Sequence record: LR025195.1
Source: Escherichia phage vB_Eco_SLUR76
Strand: one strand, 5' to 3'
Length of the DNA stretch: 60,165 nt
How positions within the stretch are numbered: position 1 is the stretch's first letter; every line of letters starts with the position of its first letter. The notes under the pieces were generated by a model that saw only the letters and a program-made list of their open reading frames with translations, did no database searches and was not told where the DNA came from. Of the stretch, positions 57,361 through 60,165 are shown one piece after another. A program made the position numbers and the translations under genes.

Positions 57361-57602
57361 TCTTCTTGCTCCTCTACATATTTAGTGACACATTTTTGAA
57401 AATTAAGAACGATATTTTTCTCTTTTACGGAATGAAATTTAACACGTTCTGGACAGATAATCCAGCCTTCAAAACGTTGAGTAGCGTCATTCCATGCTGC
57501 CCGACCATAATACCCGCGATATGGGCCTAATCGCATTGCATTTACCTCTGTAACCACATTGCTGGAGGTGCTGGGTGCAGCGCTTGCACTGGAGTCGCAC
57601 AT
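57351..57602 (-). CDS. Hypothetical protein
   Basis: ORF in the early minus-strand operon. Confidence 0.5.
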   Translation of the reverse strand: MCDSSASAAPSTSSNVVTEVNAMRLGPYRGYYGRAAWNDATQRFEGWIICPERVKFHSVKEKNIVLNFQKCVTKYVEEQEECV

Positions 57603-57859
57603 AAATACCTCCTCGATGCTCTAAAAACAGGTGTGAACTGATAGAAATTGGTTGCATCCGCTTAAAGATGATAGCTATGGAGCAGCTACAAGACGAATTA
57701 TACGTTGACGACTCAGAATTTACTACCAAAATCCATATATTTAGAAAGGATGAGTGCAATATATTCAAAAAGAAGGTAGGTGGGGTCATGGATGTAGGTG
57801 GATAGGGATGTGACAGGTGAGATTTAGGCAAGGACTTACTATCAGGATAGACAGGGCAC

Positions 57860-58010
57860 GCCCCAGCGATCCAAGTACCTGGAAAAGGATGGGTCGGGTC
57901 GCGCGGCTGGGCCTGCGTGGGTCTGTGTGCGCTGTGCGAGCTGTGCGCGACGCTGTGCGTCTGTTTCGCCCGAGCTAATGCATTACCATTACCTATGTAC
58001 ATTAGCTCGC
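57860..58010. repeat. GC-rich tandem repeats (GCTGTGCG-like units, at least 4 copies) plus 10-bp perfect palindrome cgagctaatg / cattagctcg
   Basis: Seen directly inside a 550-bp non-coding stretch between two minus-strand genes. Confidence 0.6.
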
Positions 58011-58150
58011 TAGCGTGGCGCTGTGTGCGTTATTCAATGTGGTTAATTATTGCATAATAGATAGCACATAGTAACACAGTATACAGTGTCAGTGATAATA
58101 TTATCTTCCAGTGATTCATAGCGACCTCACAGTTTAATATTGAATTGTTA

Positions 58151-58480
58151 TCACTCTTGATTAATGTGAGCTGCAAGCATTGCCGCAGTGGCTAACGCCA
58201 AATAGTGCTTGCGAGCGTCATAGTCCGCTCCAAAACGGTCACGAAGGATATTATTAACCTGTTCAACATTTCGATATTGACCGTTTAAAAATAATCTTTT
58301 TACAGTTTGACAATAAGCAATGTCACTATCAAGCGTGGTTTTATTCTTATAGTTATCTTGTTTAATAAGCTCTGCCACTAAGGCTTTACAGCTATAGGCA
58401 TCTAGCACATAATCCGCAGCTTCACAACTATTGACTGCGAATACACCAGCAAACAAAGCAGCAATCAATAGACGTTTCAT
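58151..58480 (-). CDS. Secreted (signal-peptide) protein
   Basis: MKRLLIAALFAGVFAVNSCEA signal peptide; RBS gggagg. Confidence 0.55.
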   Translation of the reverse strand: MKRLLIAALFAGVFAVNSCEAADYVLDAYSCKALVAELIKQDNYKNKTTLDSDIAYCQTVKRLFLNGQYRNVEQVNNILRDRFGADYDARKHYLALATAAMLAAHINQE

Positions 58481-58481
58481 T

Positions 58482-58619
58482 TTACACCTCCCGCATCGCT
58501 TGATACATAGCGCGACCGAAATCCATTGCGCTGCGCCATCCGTAGGTTTTGTATTGCAGCTTCATTGCTTTAATTAATAACGCGTGCTGTGCGCGTGTAA
58601 GCGCGTATTTGCGTGACAT
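58482..58619 (-). CDS. Small protein (45 aa)
   Basis: RBS gagg then ATG; tightly coupled between flanking genes; not in the ORF track because it is under 60 aa. Confidence 0.4.
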   Translation of the reverse strand: MSRKYALTRAQHALLIKAMKLQYKTYGWRSAMDFGRAMYQAMREV

Positions 58620-58620
58620 A

Positions 58621-58770
58621 TTAAAATACCTCTACCAGTTCAATAATAGCTGCAAAATCGGCGATTCCAAGTTGCATCTCTGCGCGAACGAAACCTTCTG
58701 CATCTGCACGGTTTGGAGCTTTAACGTCTCCAATGTAGTTACCGTAGTACATGACTTTAAACTTTCTCAT
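58621..58770 (-). CDS. Small protein (49 aa), first gene of the minus-strand early operon
   Basis: Strong RBS ggcggaggaaaataaa then ATG. Confidence 0.45.
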   Translation of the reverse strand: MRKFKVMYYGNYIGDVKAPNRADAEGFVRAEMQLGIADFAAIIELVEVF

Positions 58771-58813
58771 TTTATTTTCCTCCGCCTTTCGGCTTTATCT
58801 TTCCTTTGACTAT

Positions 58814-58842
58814 ATAGTACGCCATGGCTTGATCTATGTCTA
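58814..58842 (-). promoter_or_regulatory. Candidate sigma70-type promoter for the minus-strand early operon
   Basis: Minus-strand TAGACA, 17-nt spacer, TACTAT, about 45 nt upstream of the first minus-strand ATG. Confidence 0.3.
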
Positions 58843-59227
58843 GGCCAAACGTGGCATTTATACTGACAAAACACATGTCATTTTATGACATCCCGGTTTG
58901 TTCCTTTTTATGCGCTACAAACATCAAAATTTTACACCCTTATAAATCAATACGTTAGACGCCTATAACGTCCAAATTGATACAAGATTTACCATAAATC
59001 AATAACTTAGCTATTTAACATAATAGACGTTATACGTACTAAGAGTGATGTGCACAAAATCTACATGTTTAGCAAACGTAAGACTTTGCATTTTTAGCGT
59101 AGCGTTACTGCAAAGCTGTAGATGTAATAGTGATCTAAAATAGCACTTTTGGCCTATTCAATATCACGATGCAAGGCTATTATTACTTCAACAAAGCAAT
59201 ACTGCTTAACCACAATAAGGGTTCACA

Positions 59228-59344
59228 ATGCGTAAATACCATCACATTAGTCTTGAGCTCGCTATCGCTCTGTTTGAAAAATACGGCTACGCTGTAGTCT
59301 GCGACGGTGACAGCAAGCGTATTGCCCACAAACAAATTAAGTGA
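59228..59344 (+). CDS. Small protein (38 aa)
   Basis: RBS aaggg then ATG. Confidence 0.3.
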   Translation: MRKYHHISLELAIALFEKYGYAVVCDGDSKRIAHKQIK

Positions 59345-59352
59345 TTTATATC

Positions 59353-59381
59353 TTGCCTAGTTGATCTGACTGGGCAATAAT
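59353..59381 (+). promoter_or_regulatory. Candidate sigma70-type promoter (TTGCCT, 17 nt, AATAAT) overlapping conserved motif TGGGCARTAATAAG
   Basis: Hexamers and spacing seen directly; the motif recurs at 59691..59704 upstream of the next gene. Confidence 0.3.
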
Positions 59382-59412
59382 AAGTCAACTTAAACAAAAC
59401 GAGGATTACATC

Positions 59413-59661
59413 ATGGCTACTTCTATCGTCACCAAATTTTTGGCACCAACCAACACTAAAGGCTCACGCATTGCAGTTAAAGGTTTTGGCAAGCGCAAAG
59501 TCTATAGCTGGGACTATGCTATCGACGTAACTCTTAACCATAAAGCAGCGGTGCAGCAGTTCCTCAAAGCTTTTAACGCGGACAACGACACCGACTATAG
59601 CATCGTTGCTTTCGCAAGCATGGATATCGCAACCGCCGATTTCGTAGCAATCGTGCAATAA
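59413..59661 (+). CDS. Hypothetical protein
   Basis: RBS acgagga then ATG. Confidence 0.55.
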   Translation: MATSIVTKFLAPTNTKGSRIAVKGFGKRKVYSWDYAIDVTLNHKAAVQQFLKAFNADNDTDYSIVAFASMDIATADFVAIVQ

Positions 59662-59734
59662 GTTTTCTTATACACTGCTCATCATTACGGTGGGCAGTAA
59701 TAAGCAAACTAATATTAATGAAAGGAGCTATACC

Positions 59735-60165
59735 ATGTCTAAAGTAACTCACCGCGAACAGGATAAAATGCGCTACACCATGAAAACGAATGCACGCCGT
59801 GCCCTTAAGACCCGTTGGGGTCAGGTTGCACGCGACGCACACGAACAGCTTATCCATCAGGACGAGGTCGGTTTTTACATCGTCGAGAAGGAAGTGCTTC
59901 AGGTGCTGCGCGACCATAAAAAAGCGCAACAGCCGGAGCAGAAAGTACCGGCACCGACCGCCGCGCCAGCTGCCAGCGTCTCGGTACTGCGCCCGATGGT
60001 AAATCCGGAAATCGTCAAAAGCTGCCTCGAAGCTCTGGAGCAGGAGGAAGAGAAAGATATGAAACATGCAAAAGCTGCCACGCAGGTTTCTGAAATCAAA
60101 ATTGAAGAGCCAAAAGCTGCCGCGCCAAAACAGGATGCAAAAGCTGCTCGCTGTGATTTCAAAAA
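59735..60165 (+). CDS. Hypothetical protein, 5' part of the junction-spanning CDS (continues into 1..311)
   Basis: RBS aaaggag then ATG; frame runs through the window end into the repeated start. Confidence 0.55.
   Translation, partial: MSKVTHREQDKMRYTMKTNARRALKTRWGQVARDAHEQLIHQDEVGFYIVEKEVLQVLRDHKKAQQPEQKVPAPTAAPAASVSVLRPMVNPEIVKSCLEALEQEEEKDMKHAKAATQVSEIKIEEPKAAAPKQDAKAARCDFK
60039..60165. repeat. Second copy of the 127-bp terminal overlap
   Basis: Same as 1..127; the reading frame of CDS 59735.. continues into 21..311. Confidence 0.9.

Noticed and set aside
57487-58002. 171-aa minus-strand ORF across the GC-rich repeat region
   Set aside because: Low-complexity Pro/Ser/His composition with no RBS; the open frame is better explained by repeats than by a real protein.
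1-60165. CRISPR array, integrase or repressor (temperate lifestyle)
   Set aside because: No regularly spaced direct repeats with unique spacers and no tyrosine or serine recombinase-like ORF; the genome appears strictly lytic.

Overview
The window is a complete, circularly closed tailed-phage genome of about 60.04 kb; bases 1..127 are repeated at 60039..60165 and one CDS runs across that junction. No integrase, repressor, tRNA or CRISPR array was found, so it looks like a virulent siphovirus-type phage of enterobacteria, with an architecture resembling Queuovirinae-like (Seuratvirus/Nonagvirus-type) phages; that placement is an inference. The + strand (about 59.2 kb through the junction to 27.57 kb) carries early, replication, recombination and nucleotide-metabolism genes. 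These include an AEP primase-polymerase, Hjc-like resolvase, dUTPase, RNase H-like protein, ATP-dependent ligase, Sak4-like ATPase, DUF669-like SSB, Cas4-like nuclease, SF2 helicase and a family-B-type DNA polymerase. The most notable feature is a 7-deazaguanine DNA-modification island at 17385..22820 (queE, queC, a YhhQ-like transporter, queD, folE and a DpdA-like transglycosylase), interleaved with ORFs of unknown function. The - strand (58.8 kb down to 27.6 kb) carries small early genes, a cluster with an HslV-like Ntn-hydrolase, a C39-like cysteine peptidase and a SLOG-like protein, an HNH-AP2 homing endonuclease, a lysis cassette, and the full packaging-head-tail module. The tail module contains a clear G/GT-type programmed -1 frameshift site upstream of the tape measure gene, and a small Llp/Cor-like lipoprotein gene sits on the opposite strand between the tail fiber and J-like genes. 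All calls rest on reading the sequence and translated ORFs by eye; no database search was run.
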